NCBI GenBank assembly: GCA_019358935.1
Contig: JAHHIK010000011.1
Coordinates: 1-64,000 of the forward strand
From: Tolypothrix carrinoi HA7290-LM1
Lineage (GTDB): Bacteria > Cyanobacteriota > Cyanobacteriia > Cyanobacteriales > Nostocaceae
Direction of reading: 5' to 3'
Length of the DNA: 64,000 bases
Under the pieces are notes generated by a model. The model saw nothing but the letters and a program-made list of their open reading frames with translations, searched no databases and was not told where the DNA came from. The translations under genes and the position numbers were made by a program. Of the stretch, positions 51,202 through 59,444 are shown one piece after another (positions within the stretch are counted from its first letter, which is position 1; the number at the start of each line of letters is the position of its first letter).

Positions 51202-51684
51202 TCAAAAATTCCCTTGGACAAATTCCACAGGCAACTCCAGACAATTTTCTTTACTTACAAACGGCAGTAAAATTAACTCCCAAGCATCACGATACTTAGC
51301 TGAACGTGGTTTACGCTGCCGCTTGTCTGTTTCAACAAAGTGTATTTCGCTACCATAGCTTATGAACACATCTACCGGGAAGATATAGAACAGATCAAGT
51401 TTCTCTATATATACCAAGGCAAAATCAAAGTCGGATTTTTTGTACGCTTCTCTAACCATTAGTCGCCGATTTGTCTTGGTGCGGCGATTATCTACGACAT
51501 AATTACCTGAAGGCTGATCAAACCAGGCATATTTAACTTGGATTTTAATCAGAGTTCCTTCGACATCAAACGCCAAATCGTAAGGAAGGCGATCGCCAAC
51601 GGGCTTTAAAACTCCCCAACCACGCTTTAAGGCATGAAGAATTGCAGCTTGTTCTGCTATGTCTCCTCTTAGCTTTGTGTCCAT
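51202..51684 (-). CDS. Free-standing PD-(D/E)xK homing endonuclease, I-Ssp6803I-like (PDDEXK_5)
   Basis: 'TKLRGDIAEQAAI..ALKRGWGVLKP.GDRL.YDL.FDVEG...KIQVK', 'YVVDNRRT.TNRR', 'FISYGSEIH.VETDKRQRKPRS'; E11, D36, Q49, K51 present; strong recalled similarity to I-Ssp6803I. Confidence 0.9.
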   Translation of the reverse strand: MDTKLRGDIAEQAAILHALKRGWGVLKPVGDRLPYDLAFDVEGTLIKIQVKYAWFDQPSGNYVVDNRRTKTNRRLMVREAYKKSDFDFALVYIEKLDLFYIFPVDVFISYGSEIHFVETDKRQRKPRSAKYRDAWELILLPFVSKENCLELPVEFVQGNF

Positions 51685-51715
51685 TTGTTACTTGGATATA
51701 GCTGCTAATCAGCAT

Positions 51716-51761
51716 AAAACAAAACCCTGCAACTTTTGAGTGTTACAGGGTTTTGTTTTTT
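51716..51761 (-). terminator. Intrinsic terminator between tRNA-fMet and the endonuclease gene
   Basis: Minus-strand RNA AAAACAAAACCCUGUAAC-loop-GUUGCAGGGUUUUGUUUU; fully paired with one G.U pair, ending in a U tract. Confidence 0.85.
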
Positions 51762-51765
51762 AAGT

Positions 51766-52086
51766 TGGTGGCGGGAAGTGGATTTGAACCACTGACCTTC
51801 GGGTTATGCTTACCATCTACAGTTTTCACTGCCTGGATTAACCAGTTTGTGGTCTGGACTGTCCCTTTACCCTCAGCTTTCCTGTTAGGGTACCTGCCTT
51901 CCAGTCTCTACACCTTCTCCATTTCTGGAGCTTGGTTCGGGATTACCGCGCTAGTGGCTTCCCCGAGTTTGACAGGTAATCATACGTAAGTTTCTTTACG
52001 TACCGCCCATAGTAAGACTAACTTTTAAGCGTTTAGTCAATCTTACTCGTTGAGCCCGACGAGCTACCAGGCTGCTCTATCCCGCG
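51766..52086 (-). tRNA. trnfM: Initiator tRNA-fMet(CAT), split: exon 1 52086-52053, exon 2 51808-51766
   Basis: Joined exons give 77 nt: CGCGGGATAGAGCAGCCTGGTAGCTCGTCGGGCT|CATAACCCGAAGGTCAGTGGTTCAAATCCACTTCCCGCCACCA. It has a C1xC72 mismatch, three G-C pairs in the anticodon stem and an encoded CCA. Confidence 0.97.
51809..52052 (-). ncRNA. Group I self-splicing intron (IC3-like), 244 nt, ORF-less, inserted between U33 and C34
   Basis: Follows a U and ends in omega-G; P1 GCU|CA pairs with UGGGC (U.G at the splice site); P10 CAUA/UAUG; P3 ACCUGUC/GGCAGGU; P AAACUCGGGGAA; Q AAUCCCGAAC; R AGAGACUGGA; S GGACAGUCC; P9 GCAGU-GAAA-ACUGU. Confidence 0.95.
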
Positions 52087-52098
52087 TCGTCTTTATTT

Positions 52099-52127
52099 AC
52101 TATAACCCAAGCTTTTAAATTTGGCAA
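52099..52127 (-). promoter_or_regulatory. Sigma70 promoter of tRNA-fMet
   Basis: TTGCCA-17 nt-TATAGT, 12 nt upstream of the tRNA 5' end. Confidence 0.75.
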
Positions 52128-53081
52128 CTACAAAAGTGATAATTCTCCAACAACTTCTAAACGCTTGTATTTCCCGAAGTTCATAAACTTTTCTGACAAA
52201 CTTTGAGCGACGCTGGGGCTAATCCAGCCCATCTGCTGAAGCACATGAATAGCAACAGCGTATTTTGCTCGCTTTGCTCCATCTATGACTTTAATTGCCA
52301 ATCCCATGCCTTCACCAAGTCGAGAAATGCACTGCACTCCTTCGGCACCGGATTTACTTACCAGTTCTCCTGGAGCCAAACGCATCAGTTCTGTATCAAA
52401 TTCTCCGTCTCCCGCTACCAAATTGGGATGATGAGTCATGGCACGGACAATGCGCTCCATATCCAAATTGTTACCCGACGCTAGCAGAGCATATAAAGAC
52501 GCTATTTGAGCAAGTTGCATGAAATAGGTGGGTACACCACAATCATCACGAGCGCTGATAAATTCTTCTGCCGGCATTCGTAGCAATTCTGCTACTTTGC
52601 TGACAATCAATTGCTGGATGGGGTGTTTGCGTTCCAAGTAGTTATTTAAAGGAAAATGGCGCTGCTGACACACGGCTAACATCCCCGCATGTTTACCAGA
52701 GCAGTTGTATTCCAAACGACTTTTTTTACCTTCGGGAATCGGACATTGAAGTGCGCTGGGATCGAGATCGGCACGCCAAAGAATATTAAATGCTTGTCGT
52801 ACCTGCTCGATTGTACCTTTGTGAGAAGATACGATAATTGCTAAGTCGCGATCGCTCAAATCATAACGTTCCAGTGTACCTGTGCTGGTAACAGCCAGTG
52901 CCTGAAATGGTTTGAGGGCTGAACGGACAAAAGTTGCTGTTTCGGCGTTTCCCGCAACGGATAGCACCCGTCCCCGTTCATCGCAGACAACAGCTTGGAC
53001 TATGTGCCTCGATTCAATAATCCCTTCCCGCAGCAACCTTACTTCAAGTGCTGCCGCTTGAGTTCGTTTTCCCCTGGTCAT
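52128..53081 (-). CDS. L-asparaginase II family protein
   Basis: 'REGIIESRH', 'RSALKPFQA', 'NCSGKHAGML', 'DDCGVP', 'SKSGAEGV'. Confidence 0.9.
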   Translation of the reverse strand: MTRGKRTQAAALEVRLLREGIIESRHIVQAVVCDERGRVLSVAGNAETATFVRSALKPFQALAVTSTGTLERYDLSDRDLAIIVSSHKGTIEQVRQAFNILWRADLDPSALQCPIPEGKKSRLEYNCSGKHAGMLAVCQQRHFPLNNYLERKHPIQQLIVSKVAELLRMPAEEFISARDDCGVPTYFMQLAQIASLYALLASGNNLDMERIVRAMTHHPNLVAGDGEFDTELMRLAPGELVSKSGAEGVQCISRLGEGMGLAIKVIDGAKRAKYAVAIHVLQQMGWISPSVAQSLSEKFMNFGKYKRLEVVGELSLL

Positions 53082-53168
53082 GGGTGAGAATATATCATTT
53101 TTTGGAGTTGTGAGTTATGAGTTATGAGTTATGAGTTATTCCTTGATTAACTAATCACTCCTAACTAT

Positions 53169-53669
53169 TTAAAGTAAATGCCAAATTATCGTACCAGCAA
53201 CTAGCAATCCCGCCAAGCAAAGACTCGTTATTTGTAAGCGACGGATAATTGGTTTGATTTCATAGCTGACGATTAAGCGATCGCGCATTAGGACTTCTTG
53301 GGGTTTTGCCCAAGTTTGTCCGTCGTACCAACCTGATTCTTCATAAAATATTACCGGACTGAACAGGCGATCGCGTATATAAGACCAGCCCAAATACAGC
53401 CTTATCAGTCCCAGAACTACCCCTACACTCGCTCCACCAGCTCCACACAGCAGAAACTGGGCAATATACTTATTTGGGGTAAAACTTGCTGCCGCAACTG
53501 GTGCTGCCACCACCCAAGATAAACCCCAAATCCAAACCATTTTTGTGATATACTCGCGCCAACTTAAGGTGCAATCACGAAATAGCCAAGAAATTTTTAA
53601 TTCTTCATACTCATTCAGCGGTTGCTGTTCAGCGGGAACTGGGCAATTTGAAACCGAGGAATTTATCAT
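53169..53669 (-). CDS. CGLD27/Ycf36 (DUF1230) family protein
   Basis: '[20 protein letters not shown]', '[12 protein letters not shown]', '[14 protein letters not shown]'. Confidence 0.92.
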   Translation of the reverse strand: MINSSVSNCPVPAEQQPLNEYEELKISWLFRDCTLSWREYITKMVWIWGLSWVVAAPVAAASFTPNKYIAQFLLCGAGGASVGVVLGLIRLYLGWSYIRDRLFSPVIFYEESGWYDGQTWAKPQEVLMRDRLIVSYEIKPIIRRLQITSLCLAGLLVAGTIIWHLL

Positions 53670-54121
53670 GTTGGTTTACCCCCACCCTCAGAAGGTTTTG
53701 GATACTCTATGCGTTCCGCATGACCCCAAAACGCTTCTAAATTATAAAACTCGCGTTCTTTAGGCATCATCACATGAACGATTATGTCGCCGTAGTCTTG
53801 CAAAACCCAATTTCCCTCGGCTTTTCCTGCTGTCCGCAAGGGATTTCGTTGTAACTCTGTAAAGACTTTTTCTTCTATTGCGTCGGCGATCGCTCTTACT
53901 TGTACTCTTGAATAACCAGTCATCATCACAAAGTAATCCGCCAAGTAAGATACTTCTGCTACATGAAGCAATACAATATCACCTGCTTTGCGATCTGATG
54001 CTGCTTCGACGATAGTTTCCGCTAACTTTCTACTCATCTGGTCGCTGTCAGTTGATGAGCTTGGAAATGCTTTCTCGCTTAAAAATACAGATTGTAATGG
54101 AATTCCTTGGAAATCAGACAT
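53666..54121 (-). CDS. rsfS: Ribosome silencing factor
   Basis: 'DRKAGDI', '[15 protein letters not shown]', '[10 protein letters not shown]', '[10 protein letters not shown]'. Confidence 0.95.
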   Translation of the reverse strand: MSDFQGIPLQSVFLSEKAFPSSSTDSDQMSRKLAETIVEAASDRKAGDIVLLHVAEVSYLADYFVMMTGYSRVQVRAIADAIEEKVFTELQRNPLRTAGKAEGNWVLQDYGDIIVHVMMPKEREFYNLEAFWGHAERIEYPKPSEGGGKPT

Positions 54122-54284
54122 TAAACCTCAGGTGCTTTCTGTTTTTTGGCAACTACTTTTTACAATTCTTAATTAATAAAATTTAAGAGAATTGTAAAAG
54201 TGCGAACTGGTTTTTTTGAATACTAACAAAAAATCGATTGTCGTTGAAGTTGCATTGATAATTGGTGTGATGTTACCATCGACC

Positions 54285-54884
54285 TCAGCTGACAAAGGGA
54301 CGGATTGTGGTTTGCTTGCGTGATTTTTGCAAGAACCAATTCCGGGTTAAGATTGTGCGCTGATGAATCAAGCAAGAACTTTCGATTAAGAATTTTAAAG
54401 AATAATCGCTAGTTTTCCAGACAGCTCTGTCTATATTTTCTCGGCTAATAGCTCGTAGATTTTCTAATTCTGGGGTATCGCCGCGTCCTGGTTCCAGAGT
54501 ATCTGCTACAAACACGATACAACTTAGGAGACTCATACCTGGTCTACCTAAAGTGTGATTGGCGATCGCTTGTAATACTTCTTCATCTTCTACGCCAAAT
54601 GTATCTCTAGCGATAATAGCACTTACGTCTGCATGTAACAGATGGGGGGCGGCTTCCATCACATAATCAACTTCCAAACCTTCTTTACGTGCGATTGACA
54701 AGAGTTTTTGTGGCGGAAAGTATTTTGCCAAATCGTGCATCAACCCTGATGTAGCAGCTTTTGTTACATCTTCAAGTTGATAATGAACAGCTAGCTCAAT
54801 TGCCATCTGCTCTACTCTGAGAATATGGTTGACTCTAGAAGGAGGCACATTTTCTGCTAACCAGGCGAGGACTTGTTCGCGCAT
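54285..54884 (-). CDS. yqeK: HD-domain Ap4A hydrolase YqeK
   Basis: 'RVNHILRV', 'MHDLAK', 'LLHADVSA', 'AIANHTLG', 'VADTLEPGR'; adjacent to rsfS. Confidence 0.9.
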   Translation of the reverse strand: MREQVLAWLAENVPPSRVNHILRVEQMAIELAVHYQLEDVTKAATSGLMHDLAKYFPPQKLLSIARKEGLEVDYVMEAAPHLLHADVSAIIARDTFGVEDEEVLQAIANHTLGRPGMSLLSCIVFVADTLEPGRGDTPELENLRAISRENIDRAVWKTSDYSLKFLIESSCLIHQRTILTRNWFLQKSRKQTTIRPFVS

Positions 54885-55115
54885 AATGGCTATAACGAAT
54901 TGAAGCTTTTGGCAAAAAACCGCTTTCGAGGTGAATGATAAATTTATATTTTATTTTAACCGAGTTCTCACTTTGAATTGGGTTAACTGAGCGATCGCCT
55001 AACTTTTTGCCATATATACCTATATTTTACACATTTAAACAGCCAGAAGCAGGAGCTAGTTTAAAACTATCTCCTGCTAATCTGACGTGCGATTTTAATC
55101 TAATGGTACTATAGA

Positions 55116-56387
55116 TTACACTTCCTGTTTTGACACTACCGTAGACTCAATAATTGGAGTCTGTGCCTTGACTGAGTAACACAACAACTCATAATTATTT
55201 AAGGCTTGGTCAAACGAATATTGCTCAATCGCAAATTGGCGACTGTTATAACCGAGAGTTTTAACTTTTTCTGGATTTTGGTACAAGTCTAAAACTGCCG
55301 CTGCTAAAGCTTGCGAGTCTTCTGGAGTCACCACAAGACCCCCGCCACTTTGTTTAATCGCTCTTGCTGCTGTACCATTATCGGGTACAGATGCGACTAA
55401 CGCCCGACCGCTGGCAAGTAGCACTTGAATTTTTGATGGCATATTGAAGGATATAACATTTTTCTTTTGCACCACCAAACCGACATCAGCAGCTGCTAAC
55501 ATTTCTGGCAGCTTTTCGCGGGGTTGAAAAGGTAATAGTAAAACGTTATCTGCACCGATATTTTGACATTCTTGTTGCAATCGCTGCAAACCTTTTGCCT
55601 CACCGACAATCACAAAAGCAATATCGGGAACATCGCGCAACGCAGCAGCAGCTTTCACAACAGTTTCTAAGCCTTGGGTGAGGGCAATATTTCCAGAATA
55701 CAAAACGACAAATTTGCCATCTAGGTTGTGTGCGGCACGAAAAGCGTTATTTTCTTTCGGCAAAGGGCGGATAAAATTAACATCAACCCAGTTAGGAATT
55801 TGCACAATTTTGTTAGCAGGTACACCTTTAGAACGCAAATTATCTACAAAACCATCGGCGATGACGCTTATTTTTGTTGCAGTGCGGTAAGCAAATTTTT
55901 CTAAAGTGGCAAAAACCTGGATGAGAAATTTATTTTTGAGTAAACCGACGTGAACAGCGGCTTCGGGTAATATATCTTGAAGATTTAACACTACCGGGCA
56001 ATCATGCAGCCATCCTAAAAGGGTAGTTGGGATGCAAACCGGTAAAGATGGTGACGTGGAGAGAATTACATCTGGACGCCAGCCAAAAAGCGCGGGCAAA
56101 AAACTGGAGACAACGAAGCTAGCATCTAGCAACACTCGATCTAGCAAGTTGGGTTGAGGACGAATCCAAACATAACTGCGTTGGATTTGAACGCCATTTT
56201 TATATTCATTTACATATAACTTGCCCCGATAGCCTTCGTATATTTGACGTTCAGGGTAGTTAGGCATAGCAGTAACTACGCGTACTTCATGCCCGCGTTT
56301 GACTAGTCCCTCTGCTAATTCAGTCATTAGAGGGGCGATACCAATTGGTTCTGGATAGTAGTTGTAGGAGTAAATTAAAATTCGCAT
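55116..56387 (-). CDS. Glycosyltransferase family 4, WcaI-like
   Basis: 'YSYNYYPEPIGIA', 'TAMPNYP', 'IPNWVD', 'YSGNIALTQGLE', 'MPSKI'. Confidence 0.92.
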   Translation of the reverse strand: MRILIYSYNYYPEPIGIAPLMTELAEGLVKRGHEVRVVTAMPNYPERQIYEGYRGKLYVNEYKNGVQIQRSYVWIRPQPNLLDRVLLDASFVVSSFLPALFGWRPDVILSTSPSLPVCIPTTLLGWLHDCPVVLNLQDILPEAAVHVGLLKNKFLIQVFATLEKFAYRTATKISVIADGFVDNLRSKGVPANKIVQIPNWVDVNFIRPLPKENNAFRAAHNLDGKFVVLYSGNIALTQGLETVVKAAAALRDVPDIAFVIVGEAKGLQRLQQECQNIGADNVLLLPFQPREKLPEMLAAADVGLVVQKKNVISFNMPSKIQVLLASGRALVASVPDNGTAARAIKQSGGGLVVTPEDSQALAAAVLDLYQNPEKVKTLGYNSRQFAIEQYSFDQALNNYELLCYSVKAQTPIIESTVVSKQEV

Positions 56388-57216
56388 AAAAAATTATTCA
56401 GAATGACCCCAGTTTTTTGTTTAATGAATGACAACACTTGCTAGCAAAATCGTTTCGCACAAGCGTAGCGCCTATGTTTTAATTTTGGCTTTAAAATCTC
56501 TTCATGTCAGTGATTATTCGTTGAAGATTGAGTAAAATTTGATAGCATGTGCTGAGTTAGTACATGATATTTTTTTTACTATTTGATTAATTTTTGGAGT
56601 ATATGTTTTTATTATTCATTTACGTAAAAACCGTTTGAAGAAAGGCAGAGGGCAGGAGGCAGCTATGCTGAAGGAGCAATCGGATGGGGATTCAAACCCC
56701 AACCGATTGAATCCACCGTGTAGACGGTGGGGTTTTATACCCAGTTGGCTCCAGCCAGAAGGCTGAATCAAAGACATAATTTATACCTTCTGCCCTCTGC
56801 CCTCTGCCTTCTGCCTTCCGCCGAAGGCGGATAATTATTAGTAGAATAGGACACGAGACACGGCAGATTTTGCTAACAATAGCGGTATTGCCACGGTTTT
56901 TAATCAATTTCTGACTTAAAAATTGAGATAGTAGAACTTAAAAAATATTGCTAAGTTGTGTGCCAGCAGCTTTGCCTGGAGGCATTTTTAAAGAGAAAAT
57001 ACATTGGCAACATACAAACCATCGCTTTGCGGGTTCTGTTGCTTAATCGCTAGGGGTTTTTTCAAAAAGACTATTGGGAGTATGAAGGCGATGTCTATCG
57101 ACAAGCCTTTCCCTTGTCTACGCACTCGTATGGTTACAAAAATTTATGTAAATCTACTCAAATAACTTTTAAAATCTTTATTTTGGCAGATGTTTTGCGT
57201 AAGGCGGGTAAAAACG

Positions 57217-57249
57217 AGAATCCCGGTTTCTTTAAGAAACCGGGATTCT
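57217..57249. repeat. Perfect palindrome AGAATCCCGGTTTCT-TTA-AGAAACCGGGATTCT
   Basis: 15-bp inverted repeat with a 3-nt loop; a cyanobacterial dispersed-repeat type. Confidence 0.8.
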
Positions 57250-57444
57250 GAACGTCATGCTGAATAGTTAAAAGACAAGAATAGGACACTTGCGTGCTTT
57301 GGTAAAACTGTCCTTCTTTCTTGCATAGGAATGAGCGCAAAAATAATAGCCAAAGCTTATTATACAGTAGCGGGAATTCATGAATTACCGCTACTTACGA
57401 CGTTACTATTGCGTAAGTTCTGTTGTACTAATTTGGGTAATTGG

Positions 57445-58482
57445 CTAAACAGCACCACTATTTCTATTAAACAGGATGGCTACCGTTTTGAAAATCAGTT
57501 TTAAATCGTACAGTAAGCTCCAGTTTTTTTGATACTGCAAATCTAAGCGAATTACATCCTCAAAACTACGTACAGCAGAGCGCCCATTTACTTGCCATTC
57601 TCCTGTCATACCGGGTTTAACATCCAAACGTTGCCACTCCGGTACTTCATAGCGTTCCACCTCATCGGGTGTGGGTGGTCTGGTGCCAACTAAACTCATT
57701 TCTCCTTTAAGGACGTTCCAAAATTGGGGGAGTTCATCCAAACTGGTTCGCCGCAAAAAGCGCCCAACCCGTGTAATTCTTGGGTCGTTGTCATTCTTAA
57801 AGAAAGCACCTTCGACTTGATTTTTGACTTGAGCTTTCTTCGCTTCTGCATCGACACACATCGAGCGGAATTTCCAAATCTGAAAACGTTTACCCATCCA
57901 ACCACAGCGGGTTTGCTTAAAGAAAATCGGACCGGGATCGTTGATTTGAATGGCAGTGGCTATGGGAATAAATAAAACTGCCGTAATTACCAAACCTACC
58001 AATGACCCGATAACATCTATAACCCGTTTCATCCAAGAGCGCACGCTTGGATGAGTAGTCGGTAACTGCTCACCCAACTTTTGGGGTTCTCTTGGGGGTG
58101 TGTCTCCAAGAGACTCAATCGAAAAAACCTGATCCAGTCCTGTGAGGTTAAGCACTGCCATTACCTGAGGGGTAACATTTTGCAGTGTAAGAGCGATTCC
58201 TTTTTCCTGAGCGGTTTTCAAATTACTGACGAGGGCACCTAAACCACTACTGTCCATAAAAGTAGTTTGGTGGAAGTCAATAATTATTTGCTTGGGATGG
58301 GAATTTACCTCGATTAACTCTTGGCAGGTTTGCTTAAAGGTTACAGCCTCAAGCACGCTCAACCGTGCGGGTATCTGCACTATAGCCGTGTCGTTTAGGG
58401 AAGTAACCGGAAAATCCACCTCTTTGGGTTGGCTAGTCATGAAGCTCTGCACTTTCGTTGCCTTATAAATGTAATCTGCCAA
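57445..58482 (-). CDS. STAS (anti-sigma antagonist) domain fused to a WcaJ/CpsE-type priming sugar transferase
   Basis: 'FMDSSGLGALV' STAS motif; 'KRVIDV', 'GPIFFKQTR.G', 'KFRSM', 'DPRITRVGRFLRRTSLDELPQ..NVLKGEMSLVGTRP', 'KPGMTG.WQV.GR'; likely start ATG 58440. Confidence 0.93.
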   Translation of the reverse strand: MADYIYKATKVQSFMTSQPKEVDFPVTSLNDTAIVQIPARLSVLEAVTFKQTCQELIEVNSHPKQIIIDFHQTTFMDSSGLGALVSNLKTAQEKGIALTLQNVTPQVMAVLNLTGLDQVFSIESLGDTPPREPQKLGEQLPTTHPSVRSWMKRVIDVIGSLVGLVITAVLFIPIATAIQINDPGPIFFKQTRCGWMGKRFQIWKFRSMCVDAEAKKAQVKNQVEGAFFKNDNDPRITRVGRFLRRTSLDELPQFWNVLKGEMSLVGTRPPTPDEVERYEVPEWQRLDVKPGMTGEWQVNGRSAVRSFEDVIRLDLQYQKNWSLLYDLKLIFKTVAILFNRNSGAV

Positions 58483-58661
58483 ACAGTGTTTTGTCTTAGC
58501 GAATAACCGAACTATCGTGCTTAACCAATAGGAATCAAAGTTAATTGCTAGTAGCTTAGTGTGAAATTGAATATCGTCTGCGACGATTCACAATATAACA
58601 AAAAGCTAAAAAACATCCTTGTTGTTGTGTCGGCGCGACGAGTAGGCGTTGCTATCATCGA

Positions 58662-59115
58662 ATGACTGCTAATACTGTTACACCAACCGCACGCCCAGTC
58701 GAGGTCTTTTGTGCCATTCAAGAAGAAGGACTAAATGTGGGAACACGTCAAATTTTTATTCGGTTTGCTCTTTGTGATTGGCATTGTCACTTTTGTGATA
58801 GCGCTCACACTTGGAATGCACCCTCGATTTGTCGGATAGAGCGATCGCCTGGATTACGTGATGAGTGAAATTCACAAAGAATCCTGTCCCACTACCCATT
58901 TTAATAGAATGGGTTGAGCTGCAAAATCTACCTTGTCTACACGATAACATTAGCAAGACTTGGGGCGAACCACTTCTTCATGCCTTATTTTCAGATAATT
59001 TTTACCTCAAATCCGCTCCACCACTGGTTTACCTATATACCTGGAGACCGGCGGACATCGCATGACAAACAATCATAGCGATGATTTTGCCCTACTTAGA
59101 TTCTGTAGGTTTGAT
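58662..59115 (+). pseudogene. queE: 7-carboxy-7-deazaguanine synthase (QueE) pseudogene
   Basis: Pieces in different frames: 'EVFCAIQEEG..VGTRQIFIRFALCDWHCHFCDS', 'ISKTWGEPLLH', 'LPIYLETGGHR', '[10 protein letters not shown]'; truncated at an STRR array. Confidence 0.85.
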
Positions 59116-59133
59116 GGGAGCGTTGTTGGTGGT

Positions 59134-59330
59134 TGGGCAATGGGCATTGGGCATTGGGCATTGGGCATTGGGCATTGGGCATTGGGCATTGGGCATTGGG
59201 CAATGGGCAATGGGCATTGGGCATTGGTAATTGTCTCCCTTGTCCCCCTTGTCCCCCTTGTCCCCCTTGTCCCCCTTGTCCCCATGCCCGATGCCCGCTT
59301 GCCTGCTTGCCCCATGCCCCATGCCCCACT
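59134..59330. repeat. STRR (TGGGCAT)n plus (CCCCTTGT)n plus complementary arm
   Basis: Tandem heptamers and 8-9-mers. Confidence 0.9.
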
Positions 59331-59444
59331 AACCCCAAACAGTTTTGTAAAGCTATCATCAAGCAAAAAATAAATTTGATGAATTTTTGGCGTCAAAATC
59401 AGTACATACTTTTACGGTTAATCTGTTCTTAATACCAAAGTCAG

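Noticed and set aside
51753..51989. 78-aa plus-strand ORF over the tRNA/intron as a possible intron-encoded protein
   Set aside because: Antisense to the tRNA exon and ribozyme core, with no recognisable motif
46800..52100. Prophage or integrative element at tRNA-fMet
   Set aside because: No integrase, no phage genes, and no duplicated tRNA 3' end seen in the window
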